A stretch of 62,995 nucleotides of DNA, the filler included, from Chiloscyllium plagiosum (Eukaryota), in NCBI RefSeq assembly GCF_004010195.1. It is 4 parts of one record of this genome, joined end to end, with 100 filler letters (N's around TTAATTAATTAA, not from the genome) between each part and the next. Parts side by side here need not be neighbours in the genome. Positions count along the whole stretch, not along the records: positions 1 to 29,428 come from NC_057711.1; positions 29,529 to 41,715 come from NC_057711.1; 2 more parts are not named here. One strand, written 5' to 3'. Shown here piece after piece: positions 24,197 through 37,264 of this stretch. Position 1 is the first letter of the stretch. Every line of letters starts with the position of its first letter. Below the pieces are notes generated by a model. It had not been told where the DNA came from and made no database searches. It saw only the letters and a list, made by a program, of their open reading frames with translations. A program made the position numbers and the translations under genes.

Positions 24197-24999
24197 GTTT
24201 CTTTCGTGTCCTACCCCAGGCACACACTAGCACTAATGAGCAATACACTTTCTTTTTAATTATTAATAAATTATTGAACATTTAGGTGGATAGTTGAAAC
24301 ATTATCTGTCTGCAGAGCTCCTTTTCAAGAGCAAATGAAATAACCATGGACTGCAGTCACTGATGAATAATACACACCTTTTGACATTGTTTCTTTCATC
24401 AGCAAGTTGCAGGTCATGGCACAATGTGGTAGAGTAATTTTAAAATTATGAAAGGATATGTGTAAAGGAAATTATATCAGGTAGATAAAAGCAGATAGTT
24501 TCCAGTAGTTGAGAGACTTAGAATGAGGGACATAGCAGCAATATTAAAGGTTTTTAAATGCCTACCAAGACAAATTGCAATAGCATTTAGATTGTTACTT
24601 CTGTAACAATCTAGGGCTAGGGCTGAAAACTAACACTACTTCACAAGTACTGATACAATTATACAAATACAATATCTATGGACTTGGAATTTGCAAAAAG
24701 AAGAAAATTCTATCATGATTTGTTAAATAAACTGAATGTTTAATCAAACTTTTATAAGTTTTTGGGGCAGTGTAAAAACTAAACATTCAGTGTGATTTTA
24801 TATGACACTCCCTGATTTCCCATCTCTCTGATAACTGTTACAAATATTGGGACTGATTCCATTAAGTCAAAACTGGACCATAGAGAGAAGTATCAGATTA
24901 CAGCAAGGAAACAGAGATAGAAGGGCAATCTTTCCAGGTCCCGTTTGATGTGGGCAATGGTGAGAGAACTGGGAAAATAACATGAGATGGCCAGTGAGA

Positions 25000-26200
25000 A
25001 GCTTCTCAAGATAAATTCCCTGGGCCGAATGGGATATATCCTAGGATTCTCTGGGAAGTTGGGGAGGAGATTGCCGGACCTTTGGCTTTGATCTTTACGT
25101 CGTCATTGTCTACAGGAATGGTGCTAGAAGACTGGAGGATACCAAATGTTGACCCCTTCTTCAAGAAGGGGAATAGAGACAATCCTGATAATTATAGACC
25201 AGTGAGCTTTACTTCGATTGGGTAAAGTGTTAGAAAGGATTTATAATTATCTAGAAAGAAATAATTTGATTTGGGATAGTCAACACGGCTTTGGGAAGAG
25301 TAAGTCATGCCTCACAAACCTTATTTGAGAAGGTGATGAGGGTAAAGTGGTTGATGTGGTGTATATGGATTTCAGTACAGCATTTGATAAGGTTCCCCAT
25401 TGTAGGCTATTGCAAAAAATACAGAGGCATGAGATTGAGGGTGATTTAGCAGTTTGGATGAGAAATTGGCTAGCTGTAAGAAGACAGAGGGTGGTGTTTG
25501 ATGGGAAATATTCATCCTGGAATTCAGTTACTAGTGGTGTACCACAAGGATCTATTTTGGGCCCACTGTTGTTTGTCACTTTTATAAATGACCTGGATGA
25601 GGCCAGAGAAGGATGGGTTAGTAAATTTGTGGATGACACTAAAGTCAGTGGGATTGTGGATAGTGCTGAAGGATGTTGCAGGTTACAGAGGGACATAGAT
25701 AAGCTGCTGAGCTGGGCTGAGAGGTGACAAATGGAGTTTAATGCAGAAAGTGTGAGGTGATTCACTTTGGAATACAGAGTATTGGGCTAATGATAAGATT
25801 CTTGTGGTGTAGATGAGCAGAGAGATCCTGGTGTCCATGTACACAGGTCCCTTAAAGTTGCTACCCAGGTTGATAGGGTTGTGAAGAAGGCGTACGGTGT
25901 GTTAGGTTTTATTGGTAGAGGAATTGAGTTTTGGAGCCATGGGGTCATGTTGCAGCTGTACAAAACTCTGGTCCAGCCACAATTGGAGTATTGTATACAG
26001 TACTGGTCGCCGCATTGTAGGAAGGACATGGAAGCAGTAGAAAGGGTTCAGAGAAAATTTACCAGGATGTTGCTGGATATGTCTTATGAGGAAAGGCTAA
26101 GGAACTTGAGGCTGTTTTTGTTAGAGAGAAGAAGGTTAAGAGGTAACTTAACAGAGACATGCAAGATGCTCCAGAGGATTAGATAGGGTGGACAGTGAGA
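25000..26200 (+). mobile_element. CR1 LINE ORF2 fragment
   Basis: [38 protein letters not shown]. Truncated by the PLE at ~26203. Confidence 0.92.
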
Positions 26201-26202
26201 AC

Positions 26203-28265
26203 CAAGATTAGAGCAGTGCTGGAAAAGCACAGCAGGTCAAGCAGCGTTCGAGTTGCAGGAAGATCGACGTTTCGGGCAAAAGCTCTTCGTCAGGAATGAG
26301 GCTGGGAGCCTCAGGTCTGGAGAGATAAATGGGAGGAGAGTGGGGCTGGGGAGAAGGTAGCTAAGACTACAATAGGGGGATAGTGGTGGGGGTAAAGGTG
26401 ATAGGTCAGAGAAGAGGGTGGAGTGGATAGGTAGGAAGGAAGATTGACAGGTGGGACATGTCATGGGGACAGTGCTGAGCTGGAAGGTTGGAACTAAGGT
26501 AAGATGGAGGGAGGAGAAATGAGGAAACTAGTGAAGTCCACATTGATGCCATGGGGTTGAAGGGTCCTGAGGCAGAAGATGAGGCGTTCTTCCTCCAGGC
26601 GATGTAGAAGGCCCAGGACCTGCATGTCCTTGGCAGAGTGGAAGGGGGAGTTGAAATGTTCGGCCATGGGGCGGTGGGGTTGATTGGTCCTGGAGATGTT
26701 CTTTGAAGCGCTCTGCGAGGAGGCATCCAGTCTCCCCAATATAAAGGAGACCGCATCAGGAGCAATGGATACAATAAATGACGTGTGGAAGTGGAGGTGA
26801 AACTTTCATGGATGTGGAAGGTTCCTTTGGGGCCTTGAAGGGAGGTGAGGGGGGAGGTGTGGGCGCAGGTTTTGCACTTCTTGCGATGGCAGGGGAAGAT
26901 GCCAGGAGGGGAGAATGTTAGGGGGTGTGGACCTGACCAGGTAGTCACAGAGGGAACCGTCTTTTCAGAAAGTAGATAGGGGTGGGCAGGGAAATATATC
27001 TCTGGTGGTGGAAATGTCGGCAGATGATGCGATTTCTGTGGAGGTTGGTGGGGTGGAAGGTGAGGACCGGGGTGTTCTGTCCTTGTTACGGTTGGAGGAG
27101 TGGGGTTCGAGGGCGGAGGTGTGGCATGTGGATGAGATGTTTTGGAGAGCATCTTCAACCACTTGGGAGGGAAAATTGCAGTCTTTAAAGAAGTAGGCCA
27201 TCTGATGTGTTCGGTGGTGGAACTTGTCCTCCTGAGAGCAGATATGGCGGAGGCAGAGGAATTGGGAATAAGAGATAACATTTTTGCAGGAGGTAGGGTG
27301 AGAGGAGGTGTAATCCAGTTAACCGTGGGAGTCGGTGGGTTTGTAGAAACTTTCAGTGTTGAGTTGGTCATCGTTGATGGAGATGGAGAGGTCCAGCAAG
27401 GGGATGGAGGTGTCTGAGATGGTCCAGGTGACTTTAAGGTCAGAGTGGAATGTGTTGCTGAAGTTAATAAACTGTTCAACCTCCTTGCGGGAGCACGAGG
27501 TGGCGCCAATACAGTCATCAATGTAGCAGAGGAAGAGGTGGGGAGTGGTGCCGGTGTAACTATGGAAGAGGGACTGTTCTACGTAGCCAACAAAGAGGCA
27601 GGCATACCTGGGACCCATGGCTACCCTTTCATCTGGAGGGAGTAGGAGGATTCGAAGGAGAAATTGTTGAGGGTGAGGACCAGTTCAACCAAACGAATAA
27701 GAGTGTCAGTAGAAGGGTACTGTTGGGGATGTCGGGACAGGAAGAAACAGAGGGCTTGGAGGCCCTGGTCCTGGCGGATAGAAATGTAGAGGGATTGGAT
27801 GTCCATGGTGAAGATGAGGCATTGGAGGCCAGGGAAATGGGAGTTTTGGAGGAGGTGGAGGATGTGGATGATGTCCCGAATGTATGTGGGGAATATCTGG
27901 ACTGGGGGGATAGAATATTATCGAGGTAGGTGGAGATGAATTCAGTGGGGCAGGAGTAGGCTGAGACAATGGGTTAGCCAGGGTGGTCAGGCTTGTGGAT
28001 CTTGGGAAGGAGGTAGAACTGGGTGGTGCGGGGTTCCTGAACTATGAGGTTAGAAGCTGTGGGTGGGAGATCCCCTGAGGTGATGACTTTGTGTATGGTG
28101 AGATAATGGTTTGGTGATGAGGGGTGAGGCCATTGTCGAGTGGGTGGTTGGAGGAGGTGTCTTCAAGTTGGCGCCTAGTTTCAGCGGTGTAGAGGTCAGA
28201 GCGCCAAACTACCATGCACCCCCCCCCCAACTTGTCCACTGGTTTGATGGTGAGGTTGGTGTCGG
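26203..28265 (-). mobile_element. Penelope-like retroelement (RT, GIY-YIG, terminal repeat), decayed
   Basis: MDIQSLYISI, MGPRYACLFVGYVEQ...CYIDD, LEEERLIFCL. Hammerhead motif at ~26265-26293 on the minus strand. Confidence 0.92.
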
Positions 28266-28744
28266 AGCACTTACTGCAGTTGTCAACAACTGGACTGAGT
28301 CCAATCAAGGGAGAAGGGTACGCTCTTTGTTCAGGGGGTCTTGGTGCAGTAATCAGCCTCTGATAGCAGTCAAGGTCCTTCTTGGGAGCAGCCAAGTCAG
28401 GATCCTGCCCCCATATGGGGGGAGGAGCTGAATGACAGGCAGCACACCAACCATCTTTTTGCCCTATTGTGGGCTGGTTTCCTACTTGAATGAGAGGGAG
28501 ACAGGCACGAAGGGAGATGAAAGTGGTTGGCACAGCTGTAACTGTTGGTACAGGTGGGGAGGTCTCCCGAGTAAGGGGCCATGAAACGTTTACAGTGTCA
28601 GGAGTTAGAGTGGCGAGGACAAGTGGAAAGGATGTTGCATACTTTAGTGAGAGAGCTGGAGCATGAGCCTTAGTGGGAGGTGAGTCCACAGTAGAGATCG
28701 AGTGAGTGTGAGGTATCAGAAGGAACCTACACTGACAGGGTGAC

Positions 28745-28945
28745 CAAGTAAATGGGCTTTCTTCCTGCAGTGCTGGGCATTCCTCCAGATAGGTAAGACT
28801 GCACTGAGCTGGGTGACCACGTAAGATCAGGCTGACATGGTATAGTGTTGTGGTCTCTGCTGCTGATCTGTGAACCACCGTGTACAGCATGACTTCCTGA
28901 ACTAAGTCCTCAAAATGAGGCACCGATAGGCCCTGTCTACCATGT
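28745..28945 (-). pseudogene. Myb/SANT-like DNA-binding domain remnant (Harbinger/PIF-type)
   Basis: Frameshifted translation PHFEDLVQEV.../QRPQHYTMSA*SYVVTQLSAVLPIWRNAQHCRKKAHLL resembles the Myb/SANT-like pattern AWxxVAxxVSA...RxxxQCRKKxxDL, with the conserved Trp changed to a stop. Confidence 0.5.
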
Positions 28946-29158
28946 CCATGGCAAATGTCCAGCACCGTGCAGGGCAATTCCAGACTGACTGTGCTTGGCT
29001 GTGTTCACAACAGTGCCAGGGAGATGCCAATCAATTCTGGAAACAGCATATGGTAAAATGGGCTGGAGATCAGCCAAAACCAAAAGACCATCAAACATAG
29101 GAGCAAAATATGACCATTCAGCCCATCAAGTCTGCTCCAACATTCAATCATGGCTGAC

Positions 29159-29428
29159 TTCCACAGCTACCTAGACCACACCTCCTCCCACCCCGCCCCC
29201 TGTAAAAATGCCATCCCATATTCCCAATTCCTTCGTCTCCGCCACACCTGCTCCCAGGAGGACCAGTTCCAATACCCCTGTACAACCCAGATGGCCTCCT
29301 TCTTCAAAGACCGCAATTTCTCCCCAGACGTGATCGACGATGCCCTCCACCGCATCTCCTCCACTTCCCGCTCCTCCGCCCTTGAGCCCTGCCCCTCCAA
29401 TCGCCACCAGGACAGAACCCCACTGGTC
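29159..29428 (+). mobile_element. PLE fragment (RT C-terminal/thumb region)
   Basis: HSYLDHTSSHPAPCKNAIPYSQFLRLRHTCSQEDQF; ends at an assembly gap. Confidence 0.88.
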
Positions 29429-29528
29429 NNNNNNNNNNNNNNNNNNNNNNNNNNNNNNNNNNNNNNNNNNNNTTAATTAATTAANNNNNNNNNNNNNNNN
29501 NNNNNNNNNNNNNNNNNNNNNNNNNNNN
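29429..29528. other. Artificial scaffold linker N44-TTAATTAATTAA-N44
   Basis: Exactly 100 bp. The identical structure occurs at 41716-41815 and 49293-49392. Confidence 0.95.
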
Positions 29529-30088
29529 TCCCATTTTGTCTAATCCTCTCCTTCTCCATAGCTATGTAGAATGTGGGGCAGTTGTGGTCACTATCACCAA
29601 AATGCTCTCCCACCACAAGATCTGGTACCTGCCCCGGCTCGTTTCCGAGCACCAAGTCTAGAATGGCCTCTCCCCTCGTCGGCCTGTCAACGTACTGAGT
29701 TAGGAAACCCTCCTGAACACACCTTACAAAAACAGCTCCATTCAAATCTTCTGCTCGAAGGAGGTTCCAATCAATATTGGGAAAGTTAAAGTCACCCATT
29801 ACAACAACCTTACAACGTCCACACTTTTCCAAAATCTGCCGACCTATGCTTTCTTCTATCTCCCTGCTGCTATTGGGGGGCCTGTAGTAAACCCCTAACG
29901 AGGTGACTGCTCCCTTGCTGTTCCTAATTTCCACCCATACTGACTTGGGAGGCAGATCTTCCTCGACAATGGAAGCTTCTGTAGCTGTGACACCCTCTCT
30001 GATTAGTAGTGCTACACCCCCTCCTCTTTCTCCTCCCTCCCTATTATTTTTAAATGCTCTAAACCCTGGAACATCCAGCAACCATTCT
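29529..30088 (-). mobile_element. CR1 LINE APE endonuclease domain
   Basis: RGGGVALLI, GVYYRPPN, VMGDFNFPNIDW, LDLVL, GDSDH. Confidence 0.93.
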
Positions 30089-30089
30089 T

Positions 30090-31500
30090 ATGGTCCCTCT
30101 CCAAAATATTCACATCATTCTGTAATGTGGTGCCCAGAACTGTGTACAATATTCCAGCTGAGGTCTAACATGTGCTTTATACAGATTCAGCAACACCTCA
30201 GTCCTCTTTTATTCTATGCTCCTGTTACTAAAACCAAGTACACGGTCTGCTTTATAAACTGCTCTCTAGACCTATACTGCTATCTTCAGTTATCTGTGCA
30301 AATATACGCCCAGGTCCCTCTGCACCTGCACATCCTTGAGAATTGTATCCTCCTATTTGATATTCTCTTCCAATTTTTTCTGACCAAAATGTATCTCCTC
30401 CCCTTGTTCCATTGAACCTCATTTGCCACCTATCCACCCACTCTGCCAACTTGTCAATTTTTTTTGGAGCTTGACACTGTCATCCCTATAATTTACAATT
30501 CCAAGTTTTATGTCATCTGATAACTTTGAAATTGTCCCCTGCACTCCAAGATCTAGATCATTAAGATATATTAGGAAAAGTACGGGCCCTAAAAAAACCT
30601 CCTGGGGAACTCAACAACAAACTTTCTTCCAGCATGAAAAATATCCAATAACCTTTACTCTGTTTCCGATCACTCAACCAATTTTGTATCCAAACTTTTA
30701 AGTCTCTTTTATTCCATGGCTTATAACTTTCATCACAGGTCTATTGCGCGGCACTGCATCAAACAGCTTCTGGATGTCCATATATACCACATCAAAAGCA
30801 TTATCCTCATCGACTCTTCTGTTACCACTTCAAATAATGCCAGCAAGTCATCCAAATGTAATTTCCCTTTTAGAAATCAATGCTGACTCCTAATAACCAA
30901 CCTACCTTTTTCCATGTATTTATTAATTCGATTCTAAATAATTGTTCTTCGAACATTCACAACCACTGAAGTTAAACTGACAAGTCTGTAATTGTGGGGC
31001 CTATACTTACAACCTTTCTTGAACAAGAATGTAATGTTTGCAATTCTCATGACTTCTGGATCTCCCTTGAATCTAGGGAATACTGCAAGTTTGTTGTTGG
31101 TGTCTTTGCTATTTCGAAATTTCCAATAGCTAAACATGATTTTCTTTGAAAAAATCTGTACTCGATTTCCTAAATTATTCCACTGAAATTATCATTCCTC
31201 CTGTTAATTAGTCTGGATTGGTAATTTTCCTTTGCCAAATCCAAAGTAAACCTAATGATACAATGACCACAATTCTGTCATGTTAACCAACTGACACTTG
31301 ATCCAATTGGCGACCTCATTCACAAGAACCAGGTTTAGTAAAGCTTTACTTCTTGGTAGATTGGAAACATACAGCTGTAGACAACTGTCCTGAATATACT
31401 CTAGTAACTCTTGTCCCTCACATTAATTATCCAAATTTAGATTGGGATATCTTCTACCTCACCGTTTTGTCCTTACAAATTTGTTTGCTGACAGTTAGTG
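30090..31500 (-). mobile_element. Old CR1 LINE fragments
   Basis: Degenerate FKKG...NYRLVSLTSVV and WQMRFN motifs on the minus strand. Confidence 0.7.
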
Positions 31501-32675
31501 GCCTGTAGACTCGACTGAGCTCTGTAGTTGCACATTCTTTGCACCTTAGCTTTACCAGAATTGTCTTTAATCCATCCTGACTCACCTGCATGGAAATGTT
31601 CTCCTTAATTCAATGCTGCCATGACGCTTCCTTTTCTTCATTATACCTGTATTCAGATATAGCTAGTAGGCAGTATTTCTTTGAACCAGGTGTCTGTTAT
31701 CACCATCACATTGTATTTTCATGTGGGTATCTGGATCTGAAATTCACCAATTTGCCAGGAAGATATGCTATAACAAATATCAAATTTTACTTTCATTACT
31801 GGATTCACATATCAGTCTTTTTAAAAATGCAGTTTCAGCTGAAATAAAGGCATCTCACTGAAACAAATGGACAGTGTCTCCCATGGAAATGGCCTCCAAT
31901 GTTAATTAGTATGGAGCCACATTCCAGTTCATGGAGATGCAAGGGCTATGGAGATCTCAACATAGACAAATAAATTTGAAAAAAAAACTCTTTTTTCCTG
32001 TTCCATTAACAAAGCATCAAGACAGGCACTGAAATTCAGGACTTGGATCTGACATTAAAATCTAACCAGCTGGGGCCATAGAACAATGACTTAGACAAGC
32101 TATGTAGATGTAAGCTAATCAAAGCTACCCTGTATACAGTGCATTATTGCACTTCTGATGGCAGTTACAGAGGGCGTATGTGACCAACCAAGCTGGGATA
32201 GGGGGAAATTGAGTAGCAGAGAGGAAAGATTGCTCTCTCTGAGTCAAAGAGAGCATTCTGTTTGTTGGATTTGATTGTGTCCACATTGGATTTTATCTAC
32301 CCTCTATTTGCTGCATTTGATTATGTCTTTACTCTGGAAAGCAGACTGCTACAGGAAAACTTCAATCTCCACAGCAATGTTTCTAGATCTGGAAGATACC
32401 AACTATGTCTTTAAAAATTGCCTCAGTTAAAAAATAAAGTTTCCAAATCTACAACACTGAACTTGTTTATTTGTTCATTTTCTTATGGAATCTTAACTTA
32501 CCCAAAACTAACCACCTTTACTCTGCGACATGTATGTTTTCACGCTTGTTTTGAATGCATATTTGTGCAAGGCGTGTATGAAGTCCCATGATTGTGGACA
32601 GATCCAGGAACCATGGGTTTCTATGTGGGGAGGGTAGAAAGGGCAGGGGCACGACTCCTCTTCTCAATGTTTAGA

Positions 32676-33045
32676 TCAGAGTGGTGCTGGAAAAGCACAG
32701 CAGGTCAGGCAGCATCCGAGGAGCAGGAAAATCGATGTTTTGGGCAAAAGCCCTTCATCAGGAATAGAGGCAGGAAGCCTCCAGGTGGAGAGATAAATGG
32801 GGGAGGGGAGGGTAGTGGGGCTGGCGAGAAGGTAACAAAGAGTACAATAGGTGATTGGGGGTGGGGACGGAGGTGATAGGTCAGAGGGGAGGGTGGAGTG
32901 GATAGGTGGGAAGGGAGATTGGCAGGTAGGACAGGTCATGAGGGCGGGGCTGAGCTGGAAGTTTGGAACTGGGGTGAGGTGGGGGAAGGGGCAATGAGGA
33001 AACTGGTGAAGTCCACATTGATGCCCTGGGGTTGATGTGTTCGAG
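32676..33045 (-). mobile_element. PLE terminal repeat fragment
   Basis: Homologous to 26203-26580; degenerate hammerhead motif at ~32733-32761. Confidence 0.85.
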
Positions 33046-33077
33046 GCGATCCAGTTACTCAAGCAGACACAAAGAGT

Positions 33078-33248
33078 TTATGAGAAAGTGAGGTCTGCAG
33101 ATGCTGGAGATCAAAGTTGAAAAGTGTGGTGCTGGAAAAGCACAGCAGGTCAGGCATTCCTGATGAAAGGCTTATGCCTGAAACGTCGATTCTCCTGCTC
33201 CTTGGACGCTGCCTGACATGCTGTGCTTTTCCAGCGCCACACTTTTCG
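33078..33248. mobile_element. Fold-back PLE mini-insertion
   Basis: Minus-strand terminus (~33082-33155) joined to a plus-strand copy (33156-33250). Flanked by duplicated acaaagagt. Confidence 0.85.
33160..33187 (+). ncRNA. Minimal hammerhead ribozyme motif, intact core
   Basis: CTGATGA-A-AGGC(ttat)GCCT-GAAAC-GTC. The first stem II pair is A-T rather than G-C, so pairing is preserved. Confidence 0.72.
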
Positions 33249-35689
33249 ACAAAGAGTCTTTGAGTTGAGGGACTCTTTATGGAGATCATGAGCTGGTCTC
33301 AGCTACTATGCAATCCACATGGCAACAGACACAACAGTAGCTGCATTATTTTGAGTGGTTGTGGGATAAGGCACCAAAGTTGCCAATAATTAGCTACTTA
33401 AGGGTCTCAAATGGTGATAGGGCAGGAGGTTTGACTATGAGCCTTCTGCCCAGAACTTAATCCCAGAAGTAGCAAGAAGATAGTGTTCAGGAAGATATAA
33501 AAGATATAAAGGAAGACTTCAAAGATAACAGTAATTACATAGCCAGACCCATGGACCATAGTCGTTGTATGCATATGACCAGCCCGTCTAAATAAAAGTC
33601 CTTCCCACATCCAAGCTTGCCATTGGTGACAGCAGAAGATTCCACTCCAAAAGTAAGGGTTCACAGATTTCTTATCACAAAGTTAAAGATCATTCATTCA
33701 GCTTCTTCTGCTGATATTCCCTTTGCTGAGTGATTCACCTGTCTGAGCTTTCAATCTTTGTTTTATTCTCCTTAGTTTTTTTGTGCATCACATCACTAAT
33801 GCCCTCTCCTGCTCCTTTGACCCCAATCTCATTCAATTGTTGAGCAATTGTTAACTTGCCGATCTAATTCCCATGTGAGAGGGACAGTCCCCTTCCATTA
33901 TAAAACTGACACAAACACTGTCCCCTTGTACGTTGTCAGTTTCAAAATGGGAAATTGGCAAAGTTAATGCAAAACTATTTACAGTGGTCAAGAGCCTCAC
34001 TGTTATAATTTTTGTGAAGTTTTTGTTGCTGTCAATCACCAGTGCAAAATGCAGAAAGTAGCACCTCATGTCTGACATGGGTATGCAGAATTTCGAGAAA
34101 GCTTTTACTACCACATCTAATATGATCTGCGCTTGCATAAATTTTATTTACTCTGCATGTTCTCTCCTTCAGTCACTTGAGCTTCACTGGGATACAAGTC
34201 CAATGACTGCTGGCACCCTTCTGGTGGACTATTTGTATATCGGGGGGAGGTTCCCAGAGAGAGACAGCATGCTAGAAATATTAGATTTCATCTCTGTCTG
34301 ATCCTATCTTTATTTATCGTTCATTCATTCACAATTATTCAGCTGGATTTCAAAAAATGACTTTGATCTCAAACCACAAAGTCAATGGGAATAGAGATCG
34401 ATTCGTGAAAAACTATGACTTGTTTTGCACTTTTCACAAAGTCAAATGACCCCCAAGGATTTGAAGTGAACACTGCAGTCCAATAGCTTGTCTTTATAAA
34501 AGAACCATATAATTTTGATGGCATAAACTTCTTTCAGACATAAATACTACATGTAATTTTTTTGGCAAAAGTAAATTTCTGGACATAACAGATTCTCCAT
34601 AAGGCAACAGCTGTGGAAGAGGGCACTGAGTTGAGAGCATTGCTCGAGCTGGCCCCAGTGACTGTGAAGGGCTTCCTGACAGCTACGAATTGTCATTATA
34701 ACATCCTTTGGGTCAGAAAGCATGCAAGAATGGAAAATGTGCAATCCAAAGGGCTGCTCGGCCAAAGTGTAATGAGACGCCAGTATCTTCCCCAAAGAAT
34801 GAGATAATGCACTGACCAGAACAAACTGGTTTAGTTGCAAAAAACTAGTAATACATGTCTGCAATATTCAAAAACTGAGAGATATTCTCATGTGTGCATT
34901 ATGTGATTTGCCAGTCTTAGAAGTGCTCCAGAAAACAGATAGTTGAAGAGGTGAAGGCAGCAGTTCAAAAGCTTTTGGTAGGGAACATAGCAGTACTGAC
35001 GAGACAGAGTAATAACATTTATAATGTGCTAGTTGATCTCTCCCATATAGAACTTAGAAGTCAAGGTCAGGTGTAGTCTTCAGGTGAAATGACATTAGAG
35101 ATTGGGGAATAAAGGAAACAAGACATAGATCTCCATTCTAAAGTTCTACACTTTTTTCCAATTTCTGTATTTTTATGATAAATTCCAATTCCCATATTTA
35201 TAATGGTAACAACCAAAGTGAGTGCTGTAAATTGTAGTCACCATGCTCCTGGATGCAATGATGCAGTAGTGTACCACTGGACAAAGATATGAATGGCAGG
35301 TAAATAGGTTTATGCATGTAGTTTACATTTTAAATGTGGAATGGGTTGTAGCAACATCTATCCTTCCACTTTCCTGATTTTATTCAGTGACTATATGGAA
35401 AGCTCAAAGGAACGTAAACAGCTTGGAAGTTTTGCTGATCCTCTACCAAAGTCATGTCAGAGGATCTGAGACAGAATGGAGAGAGTTGGCAGGGAGCACG
35501 TAGATGGAAGATTTTAAATATTATACATTAACATTTATACAGTCACTTGTTAAGCAGAGACATTGAACTGGTTCATGTACAAAACAGTACTGGGGAAATT
35601 AAGCAACCTTCTGGATAAATGAGGCAGTCAGTCTGCTGTAATGTCATACAGATGCCAATGAAGGGAAGGCATTCATCAGTTTTGTGTTA

Positions 35690-35792
35690 CTTGAGGGAGG
35701 GACATTGGCTGGGACACCAGGGGGAGCTCCTGATTTGTTTTTGCGCCATGGAATGTCAGGCTGACAGTGCAACACTCCTTCAGCCTTACACT
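35690..35792 (-). mobile_element. DeuSINE-like core remnant
   Basis: attggctgggacaccagggggagctcc...gccatgg...acagtgcaacactcc resembles the reverse complement of the Deu-domain as I recall it. Confidence 0.4.
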
Positions 35793-36389
35793 CTTTGTAA
35801 AAAGCAGAATACTCTGGATGCTGGAAATGTGAAATTAAAAAATATGAAGTAAAAACAGAAGATTCTGTGGAATAAAAACTCCACAGCGCAAGTAAAGAAG
35901 TGATGTGGAGGAGCTGTTGGACTGGGGTAGACAAAATTAAAAATCACACAAAACCAAGTTATAGTCCAACAGGTTTATTTGTAAACATTAGCTTTTGGGG
36001 CATTTCTCCTTCATCAGGTAGCAGTGCAGCAGGACCGTAAGACACAGAATTTATAGGTAAAGAAAAACAGAGTTATTCATGTTTCAGCTCAGTGAAGTGG
36101 GAAAGGTTAGATGTGCTAGAGGATGTGAACATGGGTTAGGCATGACAAGAATAAATCAAAGGTCTGTGATAGGATGGAAGATAGGAGAGACTGAATGCCT
36201 GCAGTCAGTCCTCCAGGGTGAGAAGGAATGGTGATGGGGCAAGAGAGAAAAATAAACAAAAGATGTGTAAGCAAGTGTGCTGCTACCTGAAAGAAAAAAG
36301 TAAACAACACAAAGGAAGAAAAGGCAACGATAGAAGCCAGATTTAGTGGTCTGAAATTGTTAAATTCAGTGTAGAGTCCAGAAAAACAT

Positions 36390-36631
36390 GAGGGGCAATC
36401 TTTTTCACACAGAGGGTGGTTCGTGTGTGGAATGAACATCCTGAGGAAGTGATGGATGCGGTGACAGTTACAATGTTTAAAAGATGCTTAGGTAAGTACA
36501 TGAATAGGAAAGGTTTGGATGATTATGGGCCAGCTCTGGCAGGTGGGACTAGTTTAGTTTGGAATTATATTCAGTATGGACTGGTTGGACCAAATGGTCT
36601 GTTTCCATGCTGCATGACCCTATGACTCTAT
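36390..36631 (+). mobile_element. CR1 3' terminal fragment
   Basis: FTQRVVRVWNE... followed by the CR1 3' UTR and a ctatgactctat tail. Confidence 0.88.
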
Positions 36632-36689
36632 ACTGTTACAGACCATTGTCAGAATCTGGTATCTGATTAGGATTGCTCGACATATTAAC

Positions 36690-37115
36690 AAACTGAACAA
36701 GGGAAAGATGCTTTTGAAGTCAAGTACATAGATCATATACTGACAGCAAAAGGATTTCACCTGGATTCTAAGACAAAGATAACAGCTATTGCAGGGTTGC
36801 AAAGATCATGCCTGATTTGTCATCATAGTATGAAGCTCAATGTACGTTTACTGCTGAGGATACGCAGTGATACTGAAACATAGAACCAGAAGCAGCTTTT
36901 ACTCAAATCAAACAACTAGCGACAACATGCTCTGAAAATCATCAAACCAGCAGAGACATCAAATCAGAAAGGCAAGCACCTCCTTCAAGAATGCCACAGC
37001 CTGGAGGTGGAATATTACCCCAAACAATGAACAGAAACTAGGCAACAACAACTGTTAACAACAATTAACACACATGTCATTAAACAATCTGAGCTCTTTA
37101 GAGATTATGTATGAA
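36690..37115 (+). mobile_element. Ty3/Gypsy pol remnant
   Basis: KLNKGK...EVKYIDHILTAKG...KITAI and EAAFTQIKQL resemble the RT C-terminus/RNase H linker. The end resembles a pol C-terminus (VIKQxExFxDYV*). Confidence 0.5.
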
Positions 37116-37230
37116 ATATGTATGGCAAGACTGTCACAAATGGGACTAACATGAATGAACATAGTCTTTATTTACAAGTGATCATTTTCTTCATAGACCA
37201 TATATATTGAATAACTTTTAGCTGCAATTA

Positions 37231-37264
37231 ATGCAAAGTAATGTATGCAAAGTAATGTATGCAA
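37231..37264 (+). repeat. 14-bp tandem repeat (atgcaaagtaatgt) x ~2.4
   Basis: Read directly from the sequence. Confidence 0.85.

Noticed and set aside
23906..24223. 105-aa ORF as a single-exon gene
   Set aside because: MINAR2 similarity starts at the ATG at 24196 and ends at the GTAAGT donor at 24034; the rest is UTR and intron.
26406..27521. 371-aa Pro/Ser/Thr-rich ORF
   Set aside because: An off-frame reading of the decayed C-rich PLE coding strand, not a host gene.
28042..28977. 311-aa ORF
   Set aside because: A chance fusion across a Myb/SANT-like remnant, low-complexity sequence and the PLE 5' end.
29473..29484. Palindromic TTAATTAATTAA as a biological motif (e.g. piggyBac target)
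   Set aside because: Always centred between 44-N runs, so it is an assembly linker.
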